Assembly (NCBI GenBank): GCA_040954595.2
Contig: CM082598.2
Span: 4,913,097-4,977,096, forward strand
Origin: Balanoglossus misakiensis
Taxonomy: Eukaryota; Animalia; Hemichordata
Length of the DNA: 64,000 nt
Reading direction: 5' to 3'
The notes under the pieces are model-generated. The model was not told the DNA's origin. It worked only from the letters and a program-made list of their open reading frames with translations, and did no database searches. Positions within the stretch are counted from its first letter, which is position 1. Every line of letters begins with the position of its first letter. Shown in pieces: positions 1 through 13,475 of the stretch. A program made the position numbers and the translations under genes.

Positions 1-43
1 ACAGATAACGTCGCGTCGGAGAGAGAGAGGTGAGCCGCCGCGA

Positions 44-1549
44 ATGGTGGGCCCTCACAGTACTGCCAACACAATGCCGAAACTGAGCGTCATACTCGCC
101 GTTGGGATCGCCTTTTCGGTGGGAACTCTGCTCGGGACTTACCTACAGCTGCCGAATACGGCTAACCAAGAGTTTATCTACTCTGAAACGGGGAAACGAA
201 GCCTCGAAGAGAATAGACCCGTCATTGATTTCAACGTCAGGAACCCGAGGGCCATACGCCGCCCGTCCGCCATTTTAGACTCATCGGAGCAGCTATTCAG
301 CGGCGGTTTATCTAACGGATCAAAAACCACTACATTTCAACACACTCTTGAAAATAAGCCACTTAGTAAACACGGGACGACACAAAGTAAGGAATCAAAT
401 TCGGCGGAGAGTTCTCAAAAGACGAGGGGAAGGACGAGAAACAGGGAAGGTATCGGAGTGCGCGAAGGCGAGCGACGCGCGTATAGCGGCGTTCGTCATC
501 ATGAACAGACGACAACCACTGCCACGCCGAAGGAGACGGCTGAAGAAATGGTGATTCAGAAAAATATCACCAAATCGCCATTTCATTCTTGGAACAACCC
601 GGGCATCTTATCGAACGGTATTTATTGGAGCGGGTACCTGGAGAATCTGACCCCGCGCGGTTTCGACGACAAGCACGTCCGGGAGTGGATGAACTTCGCT
701 CGCAATTCATCAATCGTTCGCATGGCAGACGGCTGCGGAAGGATGCAGAACCGCCTGCTGACTTTTCAAAATGGAAGCCAGACCTGTTGCCGTTACAGGC
801 AGAACATGGACCAGTTGCAAGGGGAGGTGTTCTCCTACTACCTGTCCCGGTTGCTGGGGATCAGGAACGTCCCCCCGCTGGCCTTGAGTCTGGTGCGAAG
901 CGGTGACTGGCAGTGGTCGGGAATCAGCGAGGAGATTCCCGCCGCCGAGTGGAAGGAGAATAAAATTGTGATTTTAACCGAGTGGATCAACAACCTCACC
1001 CCGGCCTTTATTCCGAAACAGTTCAGGGGAGACGACAGAAAACTGCATCCAACTCGTCAGAATCTGGAAGTTATGACACTACAGGAGCTAGTCGAATTGG
1101 TACAGTGGTCAGACTTGATTGTTTTCGACTATCTGACGGCCAATTTCGACCGCGTCGCCAACAACATGTTCAACCGACAGTGGAACGAGTTCATCATGGA
1201 TGGACCGACGCACAACCTGGACAAAATCGCCAACGACGGAACCCTGGTTTTCTACGACAACGAGTCCGGTCTCCTGCACAGCTACCGTCTGCTGGAGAAG
1301 TACGCGCATTTCCACGACTCGCTCCTCAACTCGCTGTGCGTGTTCAGAACCGCCACCGCGGACGCCATTAGGCGTTACCATGAACAACAGACGATCGGCG
1401 ACGCGCTGTGGGAACTGTTTCAGAAAGAGGAACCCCTCTACAGGGAACTCCCACGCCTACCCAGGGGTAACGTAGAAACCCTCAACAAAAGAATTGGCGA
1501 AGTTTACCAACAGATCAAAAAATGCGAATCTATGTACAGAACAAACTAA
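44..1549 (+). CDS. fjx1: Four-jointed box kinase (four-jointed/FJX1-like Golgi ectokinase), single exon
   Basis: 501-aa ORF with an N-terminal hydrophobic anchor (LSVILAVGIAFSVGTLLGTYL). Family motifs: GCGRMQNRL, QGEVFSYYLSRLLGI, LVQWSDLIVFDYLTANFDR and the kinase DNE motif (FYDNESGL). Alternative start ATG at 74. Confidence 0.95.
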   Translation: MVGPHSTANTMPKLSVILAVGIAFSVGTLLGTYLQLPNTANQEFIYSETGKRSLEENRPVIDFNVRNPRAIRRPSAILDSSEQLFSGGLSNGSKTTTFQHTLENKPLSKHGTTQSKESNSAESSQKTRGRTRNREGIGVREGERRAYSGVRHHEQTTTTATPKETAEEMVIQKNITKSPFHSWNNPGILSNGIYWSGYLENLTPRGFDDKHVREWMNFARNSSIVRMADGCGRMQNRLLTFQNGSQTCCRYRQNMDQLQGEVFSYYLSRLLGIRNVPPLALSLVRSGDWQWSGISEEIPAAEWKENKIVILTEWINNLTPAFIPKQFRGDDRKLHPTRQNLEVMTLQELVELVQWSDLIVFDYLTANFDRVANNMFNRQWNEFIMDGPTHNLDKIANDGTLVFYDNESGLLHSYRLLEKYAHFHDSLLNSLCVFRTATADAIRRYHEQQTIGDALWELFQKEEPLYRELPRLPRGNVETLNKRIGEVYQQIKKCESMYRTN

Positions 1550-3844
1550 AAAATCGAACAAAATACACACAAACCAAAGAAACGCCATCTTATGTGCAAT
1601 GATCGACTCCATATCAATATATTTTTAATTTTTAAAAAGTCTGTGATTATTGGCAATCATATCAGAAAGATGATTTATTTATTATCGGATTTGAAGACAG
1701 GGTGTGAGTGATATCGAAGAAGAGATGTATAAATTATTGAATAATTGTTGAAACTTTAGGGTATATGATACCCCGCCATTGTTGACAATCACAAATTTAA
1801 CCTCGAGCTGTTTTTGTCTTCTGGTTAACCTGAAACGCCTTCATTTTAAGCCATGTTTCCCCAAAAGCCACCTTGTAGTGTATTGTGTAAAAGCCTGTAA
1901 TGTTTAGAATTACTATTCATTTAGTCGGAGTATGTTAAACTTGCCAGCTATTAAGCGATTTGTTCTTTTGTCGACCGACCGAACGAGGCGGCCATATTGG
2001 ATTTCTAGAGATGCGCTTGTTTGTAGATCTGTTATTGTGATGTAGGGTTAGTGTGTCGTCTGTCGTAGAAAAGCTCCAAAATCATGTCACGCCCCGATTA
2101 CACTACAGTAACCTCTTGGGATAAAGGAATTATGCATTGACTGATTAGTGGGGAGGGTCACTACGAGATCACTCAGTCTTCTCCGTAAATTATTTGCAAT
2201 ATATTTTGACAATCATTGGTCAGCTGAGAATATTAAACACATATCGTCAAAACGTAGACCTGATGCGTTCTGTCTTTGCTATAAACACTACTTATGTGAT
2301 ACTGCAGGGAATACATAAATGTTTCATCAAATGGAATTTACGACTCACTAACGTGTAGTTTTAAAGGTCACCGTGTTAAATTCAGTTAGTTTGAATCAGA
2401 TTGGCCAAGTCAGAATCATCGGAGAATTACACTTCTCAACCAATTTTGTCGTGTCATAAAATTTGTCGGCTTTCCACCAATTTTTGACGAATTTCTCGTA
2501 AATTTTGGATTATATCAGCTAATATTTCTATCGACAAAGTGCCTGTATCAGAATTAACGATAATAATGTCTAAATTTTAGACTTTTCGTGTAAAAATTGA
2601 CAAATAACAACTTGGGTATTTTTTATTGACCGAAAATGCTCAGTCATGGTTGTCGTGTCGATGTTCGACCAGGTATCATCATCATCCGGGTGATTTAGGA
2701 ACTCAGGTATCGATGACGATCCATGTGGAGCTGATGCAAGCAATATATAGGGACGTTGTTGCAACTTGTTGTATTTTTTTCTTCCGATGGTCATTCACAC
2801 AGCCTTGCTATGCCCCCGGAGAATAATGAAAAAAAAATCCTCGAGTAGGTATGTCAACACAGCCAGTTACATTTCAGTATCTTTTAGTGAATAGAAGACG
2901 TTTGATACACAGAGCAAATATTCGGGAGGAATCATCACCAAACGACACAACTGCAGTTCCTTTAATTTGTGGACAGTGTGAAAGTATATATTATCAATTA
3001 CTGAAATATCTAAGCTATTAAATGGTCACTTCTTTCACGTTGCTGTCACATATGCCTGGAGCTGTCTGGACGAAGTGACTCAGACTGTGACTGTGTATAG
3101 TTGTGCTGTTGGTTTCGGCCGGCATAGGAACCGTGTTTATAGTGAAAGGCACTAGACCCTTCTGTTGATGTACAAGTGAAACACTTTGTTTAAACAAGAA
3201 AACACACAGCAAAGGTGCTAACAGGGCAACACGCCGGACTTTCGCGTTGACTCGCTAATGACCTGAATTGACGAGTATTTGGCGTGCAAATTTGCTGTTC
3301 GACGCGATCGTGCCTAATCGCGTCCTTGCGACATGTTTGCGCTGTGCGTCGATAGTTGTGCGACCGGCGTCCATTGAGACGCGCGGTGTTGGCGTCCAGC
3401 GCCCAAACTTACAGGTGCGTCATGTATAAATAAAAATATCCGGTTGATAACCATGCCCGCCAAATACCTGTTCACGCGGCAACCACCACCCCGTTCAGTT
3501 ATCCGATTATACACCAGGTTTATCAACCAGATAGACAGAGGTCTTTCTTTCAAGATTTTCCCATCGATATATTTACATCGTGGGAACAATAACAGACGAG
3601 CGTGCCAAAGACTAAAGTCCACTTCGAAACCACAAATTCCAAAATAAATACGCCAGAGGCTAAAAATAAACAAAATACCTGAAGTATATAGGGAATTTTT
3701 TACCTTAAGGGGGCTCTGAACTGCAGGTAGCCCACGTTTGAAGATTCAGTTCTGTGACTTTGATGATTTTCAGAATGTTCGTACTTTTTGTACAGTATTT
3801 TGTTCCATTCAAAGGGCCAAAGTCGTTTTAGAGTGTTGTGATAC

Positions 3845-4113
3845 ACTGTAACCTGTGTTAGTGGCCACTTCTATATAGTGGCCACTTTATTACAGTCCCT
3901 GTGCAATTAACATGTACATTAATTGACCTGCCTATAAAGGAAGGAAGTTTCTTGACTGGCCACTATGGACAGGTTGGACTATACACGGAAACTAAGTTTT
4001 CAACCCCCTCCCTCTTACAGTCCCTGTGCAATTAATATGTACATTAATTGACCTGCCTATAAAGGCCAGTTTAAGAAAGTCCCTTGACTGGCCACTATAG
4101 ACAGGTTGGACTG
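3845..4113. mobile_element. MITE family B (Tc1/mariner-pogo-like), partially duplicated copy
   Basis: ACCTGTGTTAGTGGCCAC...TGGCCACTATAGACAGGTTGGACTG. The right half is repeated twice. Same family as 40142-40303. Confidence 0.7.
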
Positions 4114-7053
4114 TATACACGGAAACTAAGTTTTCAACCCCTCCCTCTGACGTCAACCACAAGGGATCAGACACAGAGTCAGAGCGTCTCGAATTGAACG
4201 GTGTGACCAGGATTGTCACCTCAGGAACGTGACCAGCATGGGCCAAACTTTAATAATGAAAGCGATAGCCACCCGTCCTTTGATCGTGAACTATAGAACG
4301 ACCTTGCTGGACTGAATGCAGAGTTTTCACACTCGCATTCACCTCAAAGTGAAATTGCATCAAGCAGAATCTGGTCCGGCCACTCAGACAATCTGCGCTT
4401 GCCTCAAATGTGACTTATACCTATTCGATGAGTTTTTGAATATACCCTTCGGACAATTGCATGTTTTGCTTTCTATTCCCTTCAGCCCTCTTTTGCAAGC
4501 TTGCTTCCATGTCTACCTTGAAGTACGGGTCTTCCTGGCTTTCCCCGGGGCGGGACTGGCTCTAGACCCGCCAGGGAAGAAAGGAAAGCACCCGTACTCT
4601 CGGTTTGATTTTTTTCACCCTTTCTGTGCCTGCTCGGCATATACCGAGTGGCTGTCCATCCCACCGACGGCAATTTGCATGGTCCGTCGCGCGCCTAAGT
4701 ACTTTCCCAAACGCGAATATAAATAACCCTTTCTGTGAAGCCCAACTGACGAACCCCCGCCAGATTTTCCCCCAACAACCGCTCCCCTCATCCGATGGAA
4801 TCTAATAATTACACCACTAATGCCGACCGCTTTACCAAAAGGTTCCATTGAACTTAGCGGCTATGGGGGGACTTTAACGTCAATTTCAAGGCCCTTGGCA
4901 ATGAAATCGACATGCCTTCCTTTCACGCGCCGCTCGGCGCTGGCTATTTGGGCAATCTTGCAGCGGATTGATGTTTTTGTCGTGTGTGTGTGAAATTTCA
5001 CGTTTGATTGAGACGTCAGTACTGCACGGGGTATGGAACCCATTCGTGTCCAGCACAGCGCGACTTTGCACCGCCTGGTATATGCACTTAGTCCGAGGTA
5101 CATGTGTTTACGATCCACTCCGCTCATTCGGACCTAATCAGGCATGAGTCGCCTTTATGTTGGGCAGCGATCAATTCTTTTACTGTCCCCTCTTGGAGAG
5201 TGTTGTATTCCTTTCACAGTAATCCACTTCAAAAAAACTATACCTTTCTTTCTGTTTTGCTGTGTTATTTTATTTTGACCCCGTTGGAAACGGCCGTTGC
5301 TTCGTTCGCGTGTTGACAGCAGAAACGGAATTGCGTCGCACCGTGAATGGGCCCCTTTTCTCATATCCACGGTTCCAATTAATAATTTTTGAATGGCGCA
5401 TTGTGGCCGGCGATCGGTGGAATTTCAAATAATCCCCCTACGTTTGAATGAAATGAAAGAATTTCGTTTCTATTGCCGAATGGTCTTTCAAGGCCAAATA
5501 GACAAAAAACGGCTCTTTGGTTGAAGATGCTCCCAACTTACAATTGGTTTAACATAGCGATAGTTCTTCCACACACGTAAAGTCATTGGGTGAGATTTTG
5601 CACCTGGCAGTGATGACGTCAGCAGCCAATCCACCGTGCTATTCATTGGTCACCATGAAACGCCAAATTTGCGTGCAAATACGCCAAACTGTCAAAAATT
5701 GCGCAGAACCTGGCCAACTTGACCAGTAAATATTGTGAATTATTGTAATCCTATATCAATGTGGATCTAGGGCTACTCCCATAGATTTGGGAAGGTGGTA
5801 ACGTTTTTTCTATCTGTCAATATGAATGCATTGATATACCAAAGGGAACCCTATTGGGGAACCCCAGTAACATATACCTGGGTATCGCCCATAAAAAAAC
5901 GTTGTACTTATAAATGTGCCAACCTAGGGTATACGCATTTACACTGTCCATCAAATGACTGCGTTCTAAATGAAGAGCTAGGTAACTCTTGAGTACTCCA
6001 GAAAATTCTAATAACGATGCGTCAAGGCATATTTGAATAACTTTAATTAAACGATGTTTGGCTTTTGATACGGACACTAATCAGTTCTGTTGTGTCACCC
6101 TGAAATTACTTTATTGCATTTTGATTCGAATGATGTAGAACATTTTCATTCTCAGTCATAATGGAGGGCGATCAGTGTGCTTGCGCATACCCACAGGGAC
6201 GAAATGAGATATTATCTCAGGTCGATTGAGAAAGTAATTTCAAGTAATTAGTTCTATTGTTTAAATGCAGGGTTCACATCGCAATGAGATTTCCAATTTT
6301 TTTGGTAATCGTGTAAAAGGAAGAAATGCAAAAGTGGATTTTCATGAAACTGGCCCTAATCGACCAGGTTTGTGTTTACAAGATTGTTAGACTCTCAGAT
6401 TGATCTCCCAAGCACACTTCTCCCTTCAGAAAAATAAAAAGACCGACCCGGCGTATCGTGCAGTGTTTATCCGATCCAATCCAAACTTGTAATGGAGACC
6501 ACAAACAAATAAACACATTTCACGGTTGAACTGGAAAAGACTGTCATCGCCGGGCGATTCGGCGGGAATCTCGGTCAAGCCTCGAGTCGCAGGCGTCGGC
6601 GGATGAACTGAAGTACCTCATATACCACACGCTGACCAGTTGCCAGTGACACTTTGCCCTTACACAGCGTCCAATATGACGCCCTAATGTGCTGAGTGAC
6701 CGGAACACGTCAAAACATGCAACCGCTCTGTATTTAATTTAGTATGATGAAATGTTCAACGTAGGCGCTAAATACCACGGCGTACTCCATGTACATGTAT
6801 GTGAAAATTTGGGTCGCAATTTTGCTAAGTCTATTGCTGCAGTTTGAGCGTCATTTTTCAATCACATATTTTTCCGCGCGGCGATATTTATATATGTATC
6901 AATCTGTTCACTGGTTTTGCCATCGGATATGGATTTTAAGGGGAAAGGTCAAATTTTCTCAATCCTGCTATTATATTCTCTGTGTTGCTTTTAATATCGA
7001 TCGACGCATGTGAATCAAATTAATGAAACGACTTAAGGGTTCTGTCGAGTTAA

Positions 7054-7423
7054 GGTAGTATGCACCTCGAAAATCCAAATCTTAAACCTCTTCTCATATT
7101 TTGCATCTAATCAATAAAACGCACGATTATTCGATTCTCTTGTAAAATTGAGAATAAAAATCAAATCAGAGATCACCAACGTGTTTGCGAACTGGATGCC
7201 CGAGTATCATTGTCTTAAAAAAATCAAGATGGCCGCCAATCTCCGTGTTAACTGTATGGAGAAAAATAAGGTAGTGTTTTTTGATGAAAACAAGGTGGTG
7301 AATATTTTGCTTTCATTTGTTATTTTAAAAAATGACTCACCACACACTTTAACATGGGAAAGAATTCAACTATTTCGAGGAATATCATTTTTGTGAAAAT
7401 ATGTCCCCGAAGTGAGTACAACC
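7054..7423. mobile_element. TTAA-flanked non-autonomous DNA transposon (Kolobok-like)
   Basis: TTAA|GGTAGTATGCACCTCG ... CGAAGTGAGTACAACC|TTAA: imperfect TIRs with a TTAA duplication. Confidence 0.65.
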
Positions 7424-7917
7424 TTAATAACTGATTGGAGTCCTATCTGTGCCTTGGTCTTATGCAATGCTATAGAAATGCACGGGGCAGTTACACGCAT
7501 GCGAAGGTCACCACTGAACAGTTAGCATTCGTGGGAATTATTTCATTCGCAGGCAGTATTTTCTTAAGACTCGGTGATTCTCGTGAACTCTAGTTCCTCC
7601 GCCGAGCACAGCAGACGACCCGGTTTGGCTGTTTGGCATTCAGCGCGCGGGAAGAACCCTGCGTGCGAATTTCCCAGCCCACTTCCAACGGTTCAGTAAA
7701 TTGTTCACGGGCCGATCCGGTTTCGTTTCCTGCGTGGAGAATTGACAGAGTCGACATGGAATGGCATCGTAATTAGATTTTTTAGAATTTCCCCAGAGGG
7801 GCGAACGATCTAGGCATGCCAGTTCAGTCACCGATTCTTGCGTTCGATCATACACACACAAGCCTTTCGTCCATCGTGTCGTGTTGAAGAAAAATACGAA
7901 AAATGGTTTTGTCGCTA

Positions 7918-8100
7918 CGCGTGAAGTGATCTTACATTGTAGCTACAGTGACGTCACAAATGATATCAAATTGACATTTAAGAATACAATGCGTAAAATA
8001 TGAAAAATCGATTTGTTATCATGCGTGAAGTTATCTAACACTGTAACTATACAGTGACGTCACAAATAATATCAAATGGAAAATTTAAAAATACAATGGC
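7918..8100. repeat. Direct tandem duplication, unit about 105 bp
   Basis: GCGTGAAGT...ACAGTGACGTCACAAAT.ATATCAAAT...AATACAATG occurs twice. Confidence 0.75.
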
Positions 8101-8347
8101 TACGACAGATCACGTGGTACTGTAACGTCGTAACACTTATCGCCTTGGGCGAGATAATATTTCCTGTCACAAAAGGCATAATTAGTTGGGATTGCATGTA
8201 TTGTTGAAGTTTTCTGGCACAGAAAGGGTTGTCTTTGGTTGTAGTGATTTTTCTCAGTGATTCTGAAAGAGATTTAATTAGAATTATCAGGATACTCATT
8301 AGCCAATCCGTATAGACTGTTTTGGCTGAAATAATTCAGTATAAAGA

Positions 8348-8550
8348 CCGTGAGATGATGTCGCAAAACAAATGTACTGTCGTAAAACAAGTCATATTTT
8401 ACGACAGTATGAAGTACTGTATATATATATAGTGCCATTATATATAGTGCCATTCAGTAATACCGTGAGATGCTGTCGCAAAACCAACATACTGTCGTAA
8501 AACAAGTCATATTTTACGACAGTATGAAGTATATATGTATAGTGCCATTA
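8348..8550. repeat. Direct tandem duplication, unit about 116 bp
   Basis: CCGTGAGATG...TACTGTCGTAAAACAAGTCATATTTTACGACAGTATGAAGTA...TAGTGCCATTA occurs twice. Each unit contains an internal inverted repeat. Confidence 0.75.
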
Positions 8551-11500
8551 TAATCAATGCTTACAGATTTCAATAGGGAACACATGAACAAACAGACCAG
8601 GTAGGCGCCAGGCCTGCTCTGCATTCTGTATAGAACCACTTGTAATGTCCACCCTCGATTGAGAACGAAAACGACCTTTGGTACTGAACCCCGCAGTTAC
8701 AGTAGAAATTGCAGCTTTGCCCCCGTCCGTGAATGACGTGCAATTTCCATACCGCGCGCCTCGTTTTCCAAATGTAAAGTATTTTGCTTCCTACACCTGT
8801 CAAAATAGTATTTCATGTCAGGCTTGTGAGACATTGGGCGACCAGCCCCTCCCCTTTGACCCCCCCCCCCCCCCGAGTAGGCCGGGGTAAGTACGTGAGG
8901 TTCGGAAAACAAGTTGGGGGCGACTCCCTCGACGGGGCGACCACACAGTTGGAGCGAGATTGAGTGTCAGTTGTATTTATTGTCTGACTCGGGGCTTAAG
9001 TTTCTGACGGATATTGATTGATTTCTAGAACTGCAAACTCACTGCGCCATAACTACCGGGTTTTATAGCAAAACGACACAAAATTGTAATTTCACATACA
9101 ATGGCATACACGTAAAATTTATGAACAGATCCTAAGCGTTCAGTCTTCTCGTGTTTTGGTTTGGCAAGACACCAAAAAAATCCAGACACCGGTCGGTTGA
9201 GCTTTAAATTGTGAAGACATCTTAAACCAACCTGTTAAGTAGCTAACTATTTTTCTCCAATTGTCATACGAATGAACAAAAAACCAGTCACCGTTAAGTG
9301 TTGTGTTTTCACCAAAGCTTTCCGCGTGTCTGTGACGTTTTTTTCCCGCCAAAAATATGCTCACTGTAGCGTTGATGATTCCTTCGCCCAGGTGTCGTCT
9401 GGTGCTTCTGTTGTCTGTTCTGAAAAGAGTTCACAAAAATCCTCCTCGCCGATTACAGAATTTCACAAGGCGCGATCATCATAATAAGACATAGCGAGCT
9501 TCCGACAGACAGGATTGTTTTCTTGGATAGGTTTCACAGGACGTTCTTCTTGTCTCGCTGGTTCTAATGGGATGTACATGTAATCACTGAAATATGCGAC
9601 GCACAGAAAATATTTGTCGGTCGCTGTCAAAGAAATCTGTCCCGAGCAATCCACCTCCAGGCTCTGGGGTTCTTTTACCCCAATCCCAAATCTCGGCTAC
9701 TGTCTGCTGGAGTGTTCGTACTCTATATCTCGTTGTACTTGAAAAAGTTGCGAAAGTGAGCAGAACGTATATATGTGTGGTAAGAAATGGAGACACGATT
9801 AGCCAGCCAGCCGCCATTTTTTTCGAAAAATAGGCGGTTGTTGTTATCACCAACCAACTCATTTTCCCTATCCTATACCAAGGGAGATAGGACGGCGGGA
9901 TAATCATGTACAAATATAAAACACGGGACCAGACAGACACTAACAATGATGTTATATAAATAGTATTTCTGTTGAGATGAATTTCTTCAGAATGCCAAAC
10001 TTCGTCTCCAGTGATGGCTTCAGGCATCGTCGGCGATGTCGTCTGCTCGATTGAACGCCGTCTGGCAGAGCGAAGGCCTGCACTCACAACCCAAAATCTG
10101 TTTGATGCATCCAACATGATAGCTTGCAATTAACAGCTTAGAAATGCATTGAAATTCCCGGCTAGCAGCAGCCCATCAATGCACTGACTTTGTAGCCCGC
10201 AGCAATGTCGTCTCGCAGTGGGCGCCAAAATCTGTCGTCTGCATCAATTTTCCTACTTGTAAGACACAAAATCAAAATTAAAGATTTTTTTAGTCGTTTC
10301 TTCAACAAAAGAGAAATTTGAAGCAAATGGTTACAGAAAATATTGATTTTTGAACAAAAAACGGGCGTGTTTAGATTAATTTGTAAACACGTATAAGCTG
10401 CCCCTGGTTACAATAGCATTACGTGCACCGAGTGAACACGGACAATCATTGTGTACATATATTAACGAGAAAGGAAGACTGTGTCGCCACAATTCCGCCC
10501 AAGTCTGCCGATACAAATCTGAATTACTTAGAAAAACAAGACTAGTACAACAAAGATGAAAAGCTAACCATAGAAAATTTAGCTCTTTCCTCCGGTTCTC
10601 TCTCCTTTCACGGGGAGAAAAAAAACGAGAGTGAGTCACGCCCTAATGAATAACCATGTAACGTCACAAGAACTGTGTGTATCCAATGTTTATGTCGCGT
10701 AGGCCTACATATTGATGACACTTCTTTAAGAATTTTCAGCCAAAATGTCTCCCAAAGACGACACAATCATAAACATTCTAAGAACAGTGGTTATTGCATG
10801 ATGCAGCAGAAAAGCAAAGAATGTTTTGGGGTGATTTGTTTCGAATAGGTTGCATACTCGTCGCTGAAAGTGTGTGCTACTCCGTTACAATTTGCCCAGG
10901 AGAATAACGTGTAATTAGTGGCACTTTTCAGAAGAGATTAGGGCCTCCCAAGGCTTGGGGGACACCAACTTCAACCCACCCGTTCAAGTGGATCATGACA
11001 TTAGCATAATGATTATGATCAAACCATGGTTACCTATGGAGCCCCGGTGCTAATTATGGTCGACTTAGAGGGGACATGACATAATTTTGCGCGAGGGGGG
11101 GGGGGGGGCACAGAAATACATTTTCATTCCAATCTCGTATTTTAGCGATTACCTGGACCCAAATGCATGAATTGAAAGGGGAATTAGTCATCGGTTTCTG
11201 TAACATCAATCAGTTATTCTCGACATCGCGTGTTACTGATTATTCAAACGACACAGAAAATTCATAGAGAGGTCAAAAGAGCTAATACAGTCTGCTTCCT
11301 CCTATCTTCAGAGACACCCGATAAGGAAAATTGATGTTGTAATACGCCAAGGCCAATTAATATGACATCAATCAATCCGTTTTATAGATTACTTGAAAAC
11401 ATTTTACTGAAAAATGAGTTAATCCACAATTTAAACTTTGCAGACTACAGAAGACGCCATATTATTCAATGATAAGCATCGCTTTGCGCATGCGTTTTAG

Positions 11501-12015
11501 TATTGGCATGAAATCTCGGGAGGGGTGCTGGTAATAAATTTATCATTTCTCAAAGATATGATAACCGCGATCACTGACTAAAGCAAACGCAGACGCCCGC
11601 TTGGGACGCCAATCAACGGGTCAAAGGTCATGACTGACTTCGCGCAGTCCGAGGAAGAATTATTGTCGAATTCTGAGCAATATCGGGATAAAATATTTAC
11701 CAGCAATTACCGCCGAGCTTTCGAAGCCATTATCGCTGACTTGTGACCCGAACGCGTCATAGATGCATTCATGTCGTGACAAGAAAATGGAAAAAGAGTA
11801 GAATTAGCTTGCACTTTTATGGGAAACGCTTCCTCCATCACTAATTGCTTTTTAGTCTGCGGTAGACGAGATTTACAAATGTTACATCAGAATACCCAAT
11901 TTTCAAATAGAGGTGTAATTTCATATTTCAACTGTGTACCTCCCTCACTTTTTAGTGTATATGATATGACATATAACAATAATTGACTTTAGTATATTTT
12001 ATCACAGTTTATTCT

Positions 12016-12224
12016 GTATGTATGTATGTATGTATGTATGTATGTATGTATGTATGTATGTATGTATGTATGTATGTATGTATGTATGTATGTATGTATG
12101 TATGTATGTATGTATGTATGTATGTATGTATGTATGTATGTATGTATGTATGTATGTATGTATGTATGTATGTATGTATGTATGTATGTATGTATGTATG
12201 TATGTATGTATGTATGTATGTATG
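12016..12224. repeat. (TATG)n microsatellite
   Basis: About 50 perfect copies; explains the MYVC/HTYI ORFs. Confidence 0.98.
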
Positions 12225-13332
12225 TCTGTCTCTCTCCTTGTCTGTCTTATTGTGGTGCATATACGTGATGTACGCCACAACTGATATAAAACCGTGATTC
12301 TTCAAGCAAATTAACTAGATAAACAATTCTGCCTAATTTTCAGCTTCCAGATATTTGAACGCTATCGAGGGCTGGAAATCAACACGAATTCATATGACAG
12401 TCTTTACAAGAAAGAAGAAAACCTGGGACTTTACCTTTCGACTACAAAGGTCAGTCAGTTCATCAATCCTAGTGAGTGAGAGAATAGGCCTAAGCATGTG
12501 GGTGAGTGAATGAATGAATGAACGAACGAATGAATGAACGAACGAACGAATTGATGGATGGTCACCTCAGGGAATTACCTGAGCTCATGAAATGCATTTA
12601 GTGTTCATATTCAGCCCTGCATATTTGAGCTGTCTGACGTGTCATGGATTCTTATCAAGCACCGAGGTAAATGGGTTCTGACGTCACCATGGGTCAAAGG
12701 TTAAGGTGGTTTGTGCAAATCTGATGATCAACCCGCGAGCGATTCAGAATAACAGAAATTCAGCTACTAGTGTCTCCCCCGTTACCATAGAAACGTGTGT
12801 GTTTCCAAGACGATGATCTTTAATTCTGGTTAATATTCGTGTGCTGTGCTGCATGCATGGTTACGCTGACTTTTACATAATCACAGTTCCGTTGTTGATT
12901 TAAAAGGTGTTCGATGTGAAATGGACATATACTGTAACATAAAATGGGGAAATGTATGTATAACGAGGCATTTATAATCCTGTATGATTTATACGGGGAG
13001 ACGATATCTGATCCCAATATCACTTAGTGGGCATCCTGTATCAACATCTTCGAGATGAAATTCTCCGATATATGCACATAGATCATCGTTGTAGTCAAGG
13101 GACACGGACCCGTCATTGCAATTACGATTGACCGCCTAGGCGAGTAGTAATATTCAAGATTGAATCTAGGAGCTTTTAAGTTCTAGAAGTGGAAAATCTC
13201 AGTCGAAAACGAGAGTAGTAAGAGAAAAATAAGACAGAAGAACAGATCTCAAATTATTAATAAATAAATAAGCCCATAGATGATTAAACTGAATATATAA
13301 TCGCATAAATATATACAGTCACGCATAAACGC

Positions 13333-13379
13333 AAATAAATAAATAAATAAATAAATAAATAAGTAAATAAATAAATAAA

Positions 13380-13410
<31 letters not shown>

Positions 13411-13415
13411 AAAAA

Positions 13416-13474
<59 letters not shown>
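13333..13474. repeat. Compound (AAAT)n(AGAT)n microsatellite
   Basis: Directly visible in the sequence. Confidence 0.95.

Positions 13475-13475
<1 letters not shown>

Noticed and set aside
9584-10129. 181-aa minus-strand ORF
   Set aside because: Non-ATG start, no recognisable domain and no supporting exon structure. Possibly a decayed repeat.
11983-12305. ORFs with MYVC/HTYI repeats
   Set aside because: They are translations of the (TATG)n microsatellite.
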